From NCBI GenBank assembly GCA_010093605.1, contig MU004195.1:1441566-1505565 (forward strand): DNA of 64,000 bases, given 5' to 3'. The stretch comes from Lophium mytilinum. Taxonomy: Eukaryota. Each line of letters opens with the position of its first letter. The stretch's first letter is position 1. A program made the position numbers and the translations under genes. Positions 14,856 through 26,396 of the stretch are shown here, in pieces. The notes below the pieces were generated by a model, which was not told where the DNA came from, searched no databases, and was given only the letters and a program-made list of their open reading frames with translations.

Positions 14856-16129
14856 GGTAAGATATTTTTATGCGGCGCTTTTGTCCCGTTGACTCTAACT
14901 AACATCTCAAAGCGCATGCGTCTATGCAAGTATCGACAGAATCAGATCAAGCCTACTAGCGAAGGTAACGTGTTGGAACAACCTCGCTGTGCCAGGGCTT
15001 TTCACATGACAATTGCTCATAAAATGGCGAGGTGGACCAGAGTTTGGGTGAATTTTGTTATCGGGCGAGCGTGTAGCCAACCGGGTGTGGTGCATGGTAG
15101 TTATGGGGACGGAAAGATGGTAGCTTAGAAATCCTGACACTCACCCTTTTTTCAACTGCTCCCGACTTCCATAGTTGTTGGCACTCTATTCTCTCCTTTT
15201 CCTTCTTCTGTATCGAGACTATGCCCTGTGCGTTGTGAGAGATCGGGTGCTCGCGTCGGGCTTCTGGTCGGTATGAGATGCAATGAGAGTGCTTTTACTA
15301 ACTATGCCCTATTATTGCATTTCAAAGCTGCGGATTAGTGTAGACGGGAGTATTAGGCCGCTCTCTATATATGAATACTGAGGCTGTTGGGAGCGATATG
15401 GCTGGGAAGGTTTCAAGGACGCCCTGGCGTTATACATACACTCTCTCGCTGGGGGCCTTACAGTATTGTCTTAGATGTCCATGAGTCGTAGCGGCAATCA
15501 TGAGAACCGGAGGAATTGTGATAGTAATTCGGCCCAACCTCGCTATACTGATAAGCGTATCAGAGTTAGATTGTATTTAATTCTCTAAGCTTACCTTTCC
15601 TAAGAGTCTATCTCTACCCGGAAAAAAACAAGCATAGGCCACAACCTTAATTAAACCCCATGCTCTCCCTTCAACCGCTCACGTTCAGGCACCCGATATT
15701 CGCAATCCACATTTACGAATTCGTGTTGCCTGGGTTTCACGATCGCGCTGTGTCCCGAACCGCGCATAACCGTCTGCCGTCCCCCCCGTTGATGCAATTT
15801 CAACTTCCTAGCTAGGTTAGCAGCTCGGCAACAGTTCAAAAAGAGACCAACGAGCGAGCACACGGTCAGGCATCCGAACTGCGCGTGCAGATTAGAAACC
15901 ATATATCTTTAAGCGAAGGCCTGAGTTCTTTCTTGCTTACACTCGCGTTTGTGGGTAAAATTACTCGAGTTTGAGGGTCCTCTTTGTTTGTTGCTTACAA
16001 TTGCCTCGGAGATCTTCATTGACGGGGCTGCTTGGAGCTAGAGCGGATGCTTGTCTAGAGAGCTTATTTGGCGTCCCGACTTCGTCTTACCAACAAAGAT
16101 CTCGACCTTCGAAACACGAAAACGACACG

Positions 16130-17967
16130 ATGGCTCCCGCGAAGCCATTGAGCCCGGACGGCGGTAGGGCTGTAGACGAGACGACGCCTCTTCTCGTCGC
16201 GCCCGTCACCGAGCCGAATGGCGAGACCGCATCCGCTGTTATTAGTAATGGGAAAGGCGATGATCCTGATGAACAGCATCAGCATGAAGATGATGAGGAA
16301 GAGGAGCCATTGCCGATTGGGCAAATTCTTCTGCTGTGCTTCGCCAGGATGGTGGAGCCAATTGCCTTTTTCAGCATTTTCCCGTTCATCAACAAGATGA
16401 TCTATGAAACGGGTAGTGTAAAGGAGGTGGACGTCGGATTCTATAGTGGGTTGATTGTGAGTCAGCCCTCAGACTGTGAGTATGGAAGGAAAGCTAACTA
16501 GATATAGGAGAGCCTGTTCTCGCTCACACAGGTGTGTGTCATGATTGCATGGGGACGGGTATGTAACGACTCCATTGATTTTCCTCCTGGCTTATGAGAG
16601 ATTGGGGTTGACATGTCTAACAGGCTGCGGACCGTATTGGAAGGAAACCAGTGCTCGTTTTCTCACTAAGTGGTGTCACAATCGCGACGGCGCTGTTCGG
16701 ATTCAGCAAAAACCTTTGGCAGATGATCTTTTTCCGGTGTTTGGCGGGTGTCTTTGCGGGAACCATTGTGTAAGTAAACATCAACATCTCGTGAGGTATA
16801 ATGGCTGATAGGAACGATAGAACTATTCGTGCAATGATCTCAGAGAACAGCACTAAGAAGACTCAAGCGAAAGCTTTCAGTTGGTTTGCCTTTTCGGGTT
16901 ATATTGGCATATTTGTTGGACCGTTTATAGGCGGCACGATAGAAAGCCCGGCAGAGAAGTTCGCTTTCTTCAAAGACATCAAGTTCTTTATCGAATATCC
17001 GTACGCATTACCTACGATTGTCACAGGCTCATTTGGCTTCGTCGCAGCAGTCATCTCTGCGCTGTTCATCAAAGAGGTTCGACTCCTTATCCTAATCTGG
17101 TGTCTCCCGCTAACTTTGGACTAGACTCTGCACGTACATGAGAGTCAAGGCTCAACAGACAACACTCCGCCCAAATCGATATGGGAAATTCTCAAAGCCC
17201 CTGGGGTGGCCACCGTTCTCGGGTTGTATGGCTTCACTATGCTCATGGCATTCGCATACACTGCTGGTGAGTCCTCGCTCGAACCCCTCAATGCAAATGT
17301 CCCACTGACGCTTCCTCAGTACTGCCTGTCTATCTGTTCACATCCATCAAAAAGGGAGGTCTACAATTCCCGCCACTGGGTATTTCTATCGTCTTGGGTG
17401 TTGGTGGACTAGCGCAAGCAGTCTATCTACTTTTAATCTTTCCTCCGCTCCAGAAACGCTTTGGGACGGTCGGTGTATTGCGACTCTGCTCCTGTGCCTG
17501 GCCTTTTTTCTTCAGCTTGGGACCTATACTAAACACATTCCGCCGCCATGATGCCATGGTCCCTTTCTGGATCTTCGGCCCATTTGGATTAGCCCTGGGC
17601 AGTGGAGTTGCGATGGCTTTTAGTAAGTTCCGCTGTCATCTTCTACCTAGTCTACCTCGTCCACAGTCTAGATACTTACAACCTCACAGCTGCCGTCCAA
17701 CTTGCTCTCAATGACATATCTCCCTCGCACAAGGAGTTCGGGACGCTAAACGCGCTCGCTCTGGCGACTTCGAGTGGTACTCGTGCTGTCATACCTGCTA
17801 TAGCTACGAGTATCTTTGCAGTTAGTGTAGGAGAGCAGATTGCTGCTGGCCACCTCTTCTGGCTGGTACTGATTGCAACATCATTGATGTATGCAGTAGC
17901 GGTGAGATGGCTGCCAAAAAATGCAGAGGGAAAGTACTACAAGAAAGTAGACGATGAAGATGCGTGA
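16130..17967 (+). CDS. Major facilitator superfamily transporter (DHA1/ZIF-like), 7 exons
   Basis: ETTPLL N-terminal motif, VGFYSGLI|ESLFSL, WGR|AADRIGRKPVL, TIRAMISE, GPFIGG, YPYALP; six GT-AG introns with donors at 16457, 16559, 16770, 17077, 17267, 17623. Confidence 0.88.
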
Positions 17968-18219
17968 GTATAAAGGATCACTTCCAAAAGCGTCACCATA
18001 GATATATTCAACTCGACTCCCACATCCCCAGGAGTCGCACCACTTCCCCGAAAAGCTCTGTATATAAATAAATCCCAGCCTATGATTGGCCCACTATACC
18101 CTCTTACTATACCTATGCGAAGCCACTAGTGCGCCACGTGATCCCTTAGACTGCATCCCATACTTAGAAAAATACTCGCGCCCAACCGCCCCAACGCGTT
18201 CCAAACCCCATACAACACC

Positions 18220-19791
18220 ATGGACCCCCCGCAACCCCCGAGAAGAAAGCAGTTCAGGCCGCCCCAGCAATACCTCTCCACCTACGCGCTCTCGCCCCAC
18301 GCCCACCATCCACCCCTGGCCGACCACCAACAACAACAACCAGGCCCCGCGCACGCGCACTTCTCGCCCGCGTTCGCGCCGCCGCCCATCCCTACCCCAA
18401 CACCGCAATACTTCCCACCACCTGCTCTAGCCTACGCGCAACCACCACCACCTCCACCGCCGCCGCAAGACCCCGCCGTCTACAATACCGGCTTCCGCCC
18501 GCCGCCGCTGCAATGGCCGCAGTCGATCCCCGCGCACTCGCTGCGGCTGATGCGCGAGTACACGACCATCTGCAACTCGCCGGGCGTGCAGTCGCAGGGC
18601 GCGGTCGCGTTGGCGGATTTCAAGGTCTTCGGCATGGGCGTCATCACGCTGCATCATAAGATCGAGGATATGTACCGCGCGCTGTGGCAAAGGGCGGGGG
18701 AGGAGGCGCGGAGGGATGTGGGGTGGGATTGGGTGGCCGAGGCGGAGGAGGGGGAGTGGGGGATTGAGAAGCAGTTTCGGCGGGCGAAGGCGGAGGTGGA
18801 GGTGCGGGAGCCGGTGCAGGTGCCGGTGCAGGAGCGCCCGAAGATGAAGAAGAGTGTGACGGCGAGGGGGCCGGATGGGGAGGGGGAGATGGAGTGGGTG
18901 TTTGATGGGGTGCGGTGGAGGCCTGTGGGGAGGGAAGGGGGGGAGGTGAAGAGGGATGGGGAGGGCGGGCATAGGAGGAGGGAGAGTGGACATCATGGCG
19001 TGCGGAATGGGGAGCGTGGGAGCGCGAAGGGGCCGCCGATTGGGTTGTTTCCGCCGCCTGCTGTGGCGGGTTCGAAGATACATTCGCACGGCCAGGAGTT
19101 GCCGAAGAAAGTCAGAAAGCATAGGGCCAAGGAGGTGGATGGTACACACGGTGCAGCACAAGACACGGGTGGGGTCGCATCAGCGCTAGAAGCCTCAGGC
19201 GTGAAACAGAAGCATAGACGGAAGAGCCAGAAGATGAGGGACCCAGATGCGCCGAAGCATCCTAAATCGGCGTTCATCTTCTTCAATTCGACGGAGAATC
19301 GGCAGAAGCTAAAGGATGAGAACCCGGAGATGGTGTTCAGTAAGCTTTCTCTATTAGCCCTTATTGGAGATTTTGATCTAACAATTCCCACAGAGGACAT
19401 CGGAGCCCTGATGGGTGAACGATGGAAGACCATGCCAGCTGCCGAACGCGAAGGATATGAGAAGCAAGCTGCGGAAGAGAAGGAAAAATATCTAGCGGCG
19501 AAGGCAGCCTACATCCCAAAGGTTTCCGCGGATGCCAAGACCACGGGACTAAGTGCCAAGACCACGGGATCAAATGTTAGGACACCAGGATCAAGTGTCA
19601 AGACGCCTAAATCGGTTATCACAATGGAAGATCAGGATGCTACCCCTAGCTGGCCTCATGTGAAAACTACGTCCAATGGCAAGGCTAGCGGCATTCTAGG
19701 CCAAATTCCTCACCGGGTGCCTAACTATATGTCTGGTGTCCCTAGGGTTTTACCGAGTAACGATATGGACGTTGATATGACGGATGGTTGA
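18220..19791 (+). CDS. HMG-box protein (Nhp6-like box) with a long Pro-rich N-terminus
   Basis: RDPDAPKHPKSAFIFF...ENP..F|.DIGALMGERWKTM..ER..YEKQA..EKEKY; probable 54-nt intron 19340-19393 inside the box. Confidence 0.75.
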   Translation: MDPPQPPRRKQFRPPQQYLSTYALSPHAHHPPLADHQQQQPGPAHAHFSPAFAPPPIPTPTPQYFPPPALAYAQPPPPPPPPQDPAVYNTGFRPPPLQWPQSIPAHSLRLMREYTTICNSPGVQSQGAVALADFKVFGMGVITLHHKIEDMYRALWQRAGEEARRDVGWDWVAEAEEGEWGIEKQFRRAKAEVEVREPVQVPVQERPKMKKSVTARGPDGEGEMEWVFDGVRWRPVGREGGEVKRDGEGGHRRRESGHHGVRNGERGSAKGPPIGLFPPPAVAGSKIHSHGQELPKKVRKHRAKEVDGTHGAAQDTGGVASALEASGVKQKHRRKSQKMRDPDAPKHPKSAFIFFNSTENRQKLKDENPEMVFSKLSLLALIGDFDLTIPTEDIGALMGERWKTMPAAEREGYEKQAAEEKEKYLAAKAAYIPKVSADAKTTGLSAKTTGSNVRTPGSSVKTPKSVITMEDQDATPSWPHVKTTSNGKASGILGQIPHRVPNYMSGVPRVLPSNDMDVDMTDG

Positions 19792-20782
19792 TGCTAAGAG
19801 ACAGAAGTCCGAGAAATCGATCTTGAGCATACACAGCACTGCACACGGAGTTCTGGCGCCGCAGAAAATGTGGAGGGGGTATGGACGGTTTGGTGATGGC
19901 ATGCCTTCTTGCTTGGTATTGCGATTGCATACTTTGTTAACGTGTAAATAGTATATGAAGATACCCTGTAGACTTGTCTCATAGATCATCACGAGGCGCT
20001 TAATCAATGGGAAGAGCCTCTGAGCTCTTCACACATCTACACAATATCTTCCTTATCTCGCAAGCTCGTGGAGGGTCCATTCCGTGATTGCCTCAGAAAA
20101 TCGAAAAGCCTAGACGTCTTTTTTGAGTAGCTTATGACCAATTTTAAACCTTCAGCCTCTCGTGCAATGGTTTTGATGGTCGAATGTTGGGTTTGAAAGC
20201 CTTTAGGTGCATGTTCGGGTTCCATATATGTTCGTACTTCCCGAAGTACGAACGGGGGGTAAGCGCAGGCGGACTTAGGCGGCACTAGGGGCCTCCCTTA
20301 TCTATAATTTAGCTTACAGCCTACTTAAGGGCATTTTTTATAATAATTAGCTCTATACATGCCCGGGTTTAGAAAGCTTTTTCTCAACCAGTCGCCGTAC
20401 GGTCTTCTAAGCCGGATCCCATTTCGCCAAATGCCACCCAGAGGGGAACCAGAACTCTATCACTCTCACACGACGAAAATGTCCGATTTCTCCACATGTA
20501 TCTATGACATTTGGATTGCGGTCCCGTCGCGGTTGATATTTGCGCTCTGTTTCGTCGAGATTTGTACTTGTTCGGAAGCACGTACCGCACGCTTCGCTAT
20601 AAAAAAACAGTCAGTCTAGCCTCTCCCAAAGATTTTTGTCAATCTATAATCAATTTTGATTGAGTCCAAGAAATGTTAGCAAAACGATAACGGGCATGTT
20701 TAGAACTGAGCACTTGATGTGCCAGCAAATTACGCAACATATGAGAGAGCCTCCAAGTCAAATACAGAAATTGAAGGGTATC

Positions 20783-21793
20783 TTACCATTCAAGTTCCTT
20801 CTCTGTCACATCGGGCCCCTTCATACCACACTTTGGACAAACTTTATTCCGAGTTCTGTGCTGGAGAACGACGATGCTCATCGCGACTCTTTGGCTAGGA
20901 AAGAAGCACTCGTCCCAGTTTCGATTCAGATCGATTACTTTTTGCGTTCCAGAATCGACAATAACGAATTCCCCAAGATCGATTTTTAACGGATTTGTAT
21001 TGTGAGTTTCGCAGTTAGCCCTCAATACTGCAATCAAGGCCTTGGCAGACCTGACGAATTCCAGGTGGAACGGGCTGTATCTTCCGAAAGCGTCCATGAA
21101 ATAAACCGGCTGCTGTCGATCAACCTGGGGCGGTATGCGAGTAATGAACCTCTGAATATCCATGACCGCCTGGAAGACCTGGATGTTCACTCGCAGCACT
21201 TGAGCCGTTGCCTCAATGAGTTGCCTCCCCTGCTGCACCACCGTGGTGACATTATCCGACACCGCCGTCAACCTCGCCATCCATGAAGCTGACACATACT
21301 GAACCATTCCCATCAGCGTCTTGTGATTCTCCTCTTGCTTCCGCGCATGCAACGCGATACTCCCCATCTGCACCGTCAGCAACAACACCTCAATCGCCCC
21401 CGTATGCCCCCTCAAATCCGCCTTAAACGTCTCCAAATCCTCCTTCTTACACACCGCCCACTTCATCTTCATCCATCCATCCTTGGTCCTCTTCCCGGAT
21501 CCCCCAGTTCTTAGATGCGGCTGATACTTCGCTGCCTTATCCCAGAACCCGTCGATCGTCCGCTGACACTGCGCCGCCGCCTGCTGCAGCGCAATCCGCT
21601 CCGCATTCTGGGAGTCGTGCAGCTCGACACGCTTGACGCGGAGAAGGGCGCTCTCGAGGGTATAGAGCTCGTGGAGGAGTTCTCGGTATTGGGTGCCTGA
21701 GCAGCTGCTGGAACGCAGGGCGTCGATGACGGTGGAGGTGAGTTTGAGGGCCGCGAGGAAGTCGCCGACGGAGAAGCCGAAGCCGATGGACAT
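20783..21793 (-). CDS. HeLo-like/SesA (fungal STAND N-terminal) domain protein with a probable C-terminal ubiquitin-like domain; 3' end uncertain
   Basis: N-terminus MSIGFGFSVGDFLAALKL...YRELLHELYTLESAL, plus KMKWAVCKKEDL and QQPVYFMDAFGR..PFHLEF; the ORF ends at a GTAAGA donor, so a short further exon is possible. Confidence 0.7.
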   Translation of the reverse strand: MSIGFGFSVGDFLAALKLTSTVIDALRSSSCSGTQYRELLHELYTLESALLRVKRVELHDSQNAERIALQQAAAQCQRTIDGFWDKAAKYQPHLRTGGSGKRTKDGWMKMKWAVCKKEDLETFKADLRGHTGAIEVLLLTVQMGSIALHARKQEENHKTLMGMVQYVSASWMARLTAVSDNVTTVVQQGRQLIEATAQVLRVNIQVFQAVMDIQRFITRIPPQVDRQQPVYFMDAFGRYSPFHLEFVRSAKALIAVLRANCETHNTNPLKIDLGEFVIVDSGTQKVIDLNRNWDECFFPSQRVAMSIVVLQHRTRNKVCPKCGMKGPDVTEKELEW

Positions 21794-22326
21794 GGTGAGG
21801 GCTCAGAGAAGAGGCATCGTGATGGGGGAAGGGGGAGAGGGGAGGAGAGGAGTGGTGATGTGGGAGGTGTTGAGGTGTGAGGCTGTGGCTGTGTGGGCGT
21901 ACAGTATGCATATGCATATGCAAAGCCTTGCGGCGAGGCTGACTTGGTGACGTGGTGGAAGGCTTGGTAGAATGGAGTTGTTGGATTGGAGGAAAGCAGG
22001 GAGGGCCTTTTCTTTTGGATCGGGGCTGCTTGGAGGTGCCTGTTGGCCACTGATCAAAGACCTTTAAATGGAATATTCCTGTGGTAGTTCTACTTCCAAT
22101 GTCATTGTCGTATTCACATGATCTCAAATACGTAGACTGTGCTCTGGAATTGATACTGCTAAGTGTTAGTACAAATCATTGGAGTTCTTTGTATCACAAC
22201 GCTTGAATAACTACAGAACTCGTCAGACTGTCATCGGATATATACAGTAACTGTAGTAAATGCAACAATACAAGAGCGCCAGCGTAAGAAACCGTTAAAT
22301 ATAGAGCAATCGCATTACTTAACGCC

Positions 22327-23430
22327 TCATGGGGCCTCGTACATCTGCCGCGTCTGCCCTGGAGCCTCGTATAACGGCCTTGTCTGTCCTGGAGCTTCAT
22401 AAACTGATCCTGTCTGTCGTGGAACTTCATATATCGGCCGTGTCTGTCCTGGAACCTCATACCTCGTCGGGGCGGGCGTTCCTAATGCCTCGTAAACTAC
22501 CTCACCATGCTGATTATATTGATTCGTTTCCGGTGTCCTCCCTTGCGGCGGTGGTGAAGGTGTCTGCGGCGGTACTAGTGTGGCCGCCGCCCAAGGCGTC
22601 ATCTTGGCTGGATCATTTTTCCACTGCGGCGGTGACACAGGCGATACAGCACGAGGGCTTGGAGATATTGGCGTTGGACGTGGATTGAACGATGCTGGAG
22701 GGGGATTGTATGGTGGGACTGGAGGCATTGCATTCCTCCTTCGGTAGCGACGTCTGGCGCACATATAGCCAACCATAAGGGCGAAGATAACAGCGATGCC
22801 GCCTGCTACGCTAGCAATGATAGGGACCTTGTTGGTTTGGAAGGCTGACTGGGTAGGGTGTGACGATGCGGTCGGCGACGACGTAGACGATGTCGTTTGG
22901 CGAGTCGCAGTTGTTAGGAACCCATTCGCAGCAGTTGTAACGGCAGCGCCGGTTGCAGAGCTTGCAGCTCCTGTCAATGGCTGGGTTGCTGTTGGTGTCA
23001 AGCTTGTGTAATCATCAACGACGACCCCTTCGGCGAGCTCGAAGACCTGGGTGTCGTCGTTGCAGCATACGCTTTGGGAGTTGTAGCAACAGTATCTGTT
23101 GCCGCCGCACGACACTACTTTCTGCCATTTCGACGCGTAGTCGCCTGTCTTGCAATGCTGGAGGCAGTTGGGCGAGTTCCAGTCCTTATCTGTGCATGCG
23201 CCGCGGAAGAAGTATCCGCCTTTTCCGAATTGACACAGGCCGTTGGACAGGCACAGATCGCCTTCGGCTGGTATACAACATGAGGAGAACTGGTCTCCGG
23301 TACAAGCCTGGTATGCGTAGTCCGTGGGGAATGAACCGTCGGGGTAGTAACAGGACGCGCTGATAGCAGGGATCGCGGAGAGGGCTACAGCGAGAATGAC
23401 AATGGGGTTGGAAAGGAGGGAGCGATGCAT
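22327..23430 (-). CDS. Single-pass cell-surface protein (signal peptide, Cys-rich domain, S/T stalk, TM helix, Pro-rich tail with tandem repeats); Mid2/Wsc-sensor-like architecture
   Basis: CYYPDG...CC....DLCLSNGLC...RGACTDKDW.SP.C...C domain; TM IIASVAGGIAVIFALMVGYMC followed by RRRYRRR. Confidence 0.8.
   Translation of the reverse strand: MHRSLLSNPIVILAVALSAIPAISASCYYPDGSFPTDYAYQACTGDQFSSCCIPAEGDLCLSNGLCQFGKGGYFFRGACTDKDWNSPNCLQHCKTGDYASKWQKVVSCGGNRYCCYNSQSVCCNDDTQVFELAEGVVVDDYTSLTPTATQPLTGAASSATGAAVTTAANGFLTTATRQTTSSTSSPTASSHPTQSAFQTNKVPIIASVAGGIAVIFALMVGYMCARRRYRRRNAMPPVPPYNPPPASFNPRPTPISPSPRAVSPVSPPQWKNDPAKMTPWAAATLVPPQTPSPPPQGRTPETNQYNQHGEVVYEALGTPAPTRYEVPGQTRPIYEVPRQTGSVYEAPGQTRPLYEAPGQTRQMYEAP
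22330..22461 (-). repeat. 30-nt coding tandem repeat, ~4.4 copies (YEVPGQTRPI / YEVPRQTGSV / YEAPGQTRPL / YEAPGQTRQM / YEAP)
   Basis: Repeated TGTCTGTCCTGGA-like units at 30-nt spacing on the + strand. Confidence 0.85.
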
Positions 23431-24336
23431 CGTGGAGACAGCGAAAGGGTTGAGTGGTAGAAAAGTTGACGGCGATGGCGACATGAACAAAAATACGGAG
23501 GGACGGAGGGGAGAAGAATGTTTGTAGAAGAGCTAGAGTCAACCTTACAGTGCCTGCATCTCGCATCGTGTACCGCATGGTGGTGGCTGTAAAGACACTC
23601 CCAAGACATGCTTCCAAGTAACGCCAGCCTTGGTCCTATGCGCCCTGGGGTAATTCCGAGGCTGTGATACGCTCACCGGGCGAGATATAGGATTAGTGCT
23701 CGTGGCTATGGACGGCCAGAGCCATGTGGAAAGCTTCTTTTGAAGATGAAGCTTGGCTAAAGCCTGCAACCAATGTTCCAGCCCTGGACACTCTCCAAGC
23801 CTCAGGGATCACGTGGGGGTGAAAGACGTCCCCGGAGGCTACCCACCGTATCGTTCTACTCACGTATCGAGTCGCAGGGCGGGCTTAACATGAGGCTGGG
23901 TGTCATGGCCGACGGCGAGCTGTGTCGAGGTGCTGCCACCCCTCTCCGAGATTGTTCGAAAGTGCAAACGAGGTGTCTGTCGAGCACCAGATGGCATGCT
24001 TAGCTACGTTCCTTGTCGTGATTCCGGTGTCGGAATGTGCTCAGAATTGACGAGTTGAACGCGTGAAAACGCCAAAGCTACGATGCTTGTGGTCATAAGA
24101 GGCGGCCCCTGGCTGCAAGGATGGGATTGGCTCGGGAGCTAGGCCAATTGCACAGAGAGGAATATTCTTAATCAGCACGGGGATTCTTTACACCACCATC
24201 TCTTCTTATCCTTCGTCTCATCTTCACCGTCTCTGAGACTGTTAGAGCGTCCTTCACAACGTCGATTCTCTCGTATGGCTCCAAATGCTAATTCCAATAG
24301 TATCATCATGGTTCTATTTTCTCTTTAACTTGGTAT

Positions 24337-25495
24337 CTAATTTTGCACGCCTTCGATGATCACCTTGATCACGCTCTCCTTTCCTTGCCTTACTAGCTCG
24401 AATGCCTGTTCTGCCTCCTCAAACTTAAATCTGTTTGTGATGAGACGCTTGACGTCAATTTTACCGCTCGCCACAAGATCCACTGCGGTGGGGTAGCAGC
24501 CGGTTGTATAACGAATGGAACCACGGATAGTAAGGTCGCGGATGCAAGCGGTTGTGATAGGGATCGTAACATTCTCCTTGCCCATGCCAGCTTGGACATA
24601 CATACCGCCCTTCTTTGCCAGGTTGATACCCGTCTGAATGCAGCTCTCGGCGCCGGTGGCCTCGATGACCACATCAGGGCCCTCTCCGAGGTTGAATTCG
24701 TCCTTTATCATTTGGGCGAGCTTGACGCTCCAGTCATCGGCAGACACGTCCGCCGGCTTCGCAGGCGGTAGGAAGACACCATCGGCACCAAAAGTCTTCG
24801 CAAACTCAAGTCGAGACTTGCTAATGTCCACACCTATGACCTTCTTTGCCGAGTAGGATTTCGAAACAGCCTGGCATAGGACACCGATGGGTCCACAGCC
24901 GAAAACTACTATCGTCTGGTTCGCACGAACTTTCCCGACTTTGGTGATCTGCACTGCAACAGCGACAGGCTCAACCATGGCGCCTTGCTCCAGGTCCATG
25001 TGGTCCGGGAGTGGCACGCAGTAGTCCGCTGCGACAATGTAGTACTTTGAAAGAGTTCCGTCATGGGGAGGAGTGGCAGCAAAGACTGTATCTGGGCAAA
25101 GGTTGTAGGAGCCGGAGCGGCAGTAATTACAGTGGCGACAAGGAACTCCAGGTTCAATTGCAACGCGATCTCCGATCTTGAGGTTCTTGACTGCTGATCC
25201 GACCTCAACAACCGTGCCAGCGGACTCGTGGCCTAGGATGATTGGAGATTTAAGGATGAAGTCTAACTTGTAGTCAGCACCTACACTATCTATTTCCTCC
25301 GAAAGAACTCATTATACCTCCGATACGTCCTCTTTGCCAGTAATGTACATCACTTCCGCAGATACCAGTTTGACCGATGTGGATTCGCACATCCCAAGCA
25401 TCTCTCAGTTTAGGAACTGGGCGTTCTTCGATGGCGCAGTCCTTGATGGCGCGAAGCACGAACGCTGGGTTCGTTTCAATTTTTTGTGTCGCCAT
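24337..25495 (-). CDS. Zn-dependent xylitol/sorbitol (polyol) dehydrogenase, MDR family; exons 25495-25318, 25262-24337
   Basis: [23 protein letters not shown], structural-Zn cysteines, GCGPIG, RGSIRY. Confidence 0.92.
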
Positions 25496-26396
25496 TGTGT
25501 AGAGATTTACAAGGCAAGTAGGTGGGTATCACGAGATCTCTCCGTAGTGATAAATTGTGTTGAAAGATATAGTCTAGCTATCGGAGAAAGATGTAGGACT
25601 GTGTGTCCTTAACTAACGAGAGCAAAAGATTCACAAAGCTACCACGAAACTTCCAGACCCGCACCACGCGCGCGCTCACGGATTCCTAGGGACCAGCAAA
25701 CAACGCGCTCTTGACTCCGCGACCCCTCACTTGACCGGGGCATCCACCCCTCGACTAGCGACTCGCACAACGTGCTCGCAATGGCCACCACTGAGTCAAG
25801 TAATGAGCTGCGTGACCGACGGGGGTTGTTGTCCGCTCCGCACAGCACCGAAACTGCGGGTCCAAGCAAGGCGGAGCGCCCCATCCGGAGCATTCTATCC
25901 CCGCATCTGCTAGACGATATCACGTGAGATCTGACTCGCGCCCCAAGTGCTCCAGGGACGTGACGACTCGTTTTACCTGAGTAGCGTCATATAGCAAGGA
26001 TTTGGTCGAGCGTAGAAAGGACATTGCCAACTAATATGTCTTAGTACTCGAAGGGCTTCCTCGGTACTTCGTACTGACAGACACGTAGAAGACACTCCGG
26101 AGCATCCCATGGTAATAGTCGAGAAAGGTCGACATATCTGTAAACCCAAAGCTTCAATTTGAGTTAGCGGAAGTGTCTGCAAAGTAGTCCCCTAATGTAT
26201 TTGTTTTCCTGAGGTGCTTAAGAGGTCTATATCTACTTCCACAGCATCATGAATTGAGAAACAGTACAGTCAAGATCCAAGAGACAAATGAAGATCATGT
26301 AGAATTCATTTCTAGGTAGAACATTTACATGAAGCTATTTATGTCCTTTTAGGACATAGAAACCAGAACGCCTATCTACCGAAAAGAATCCACTGT

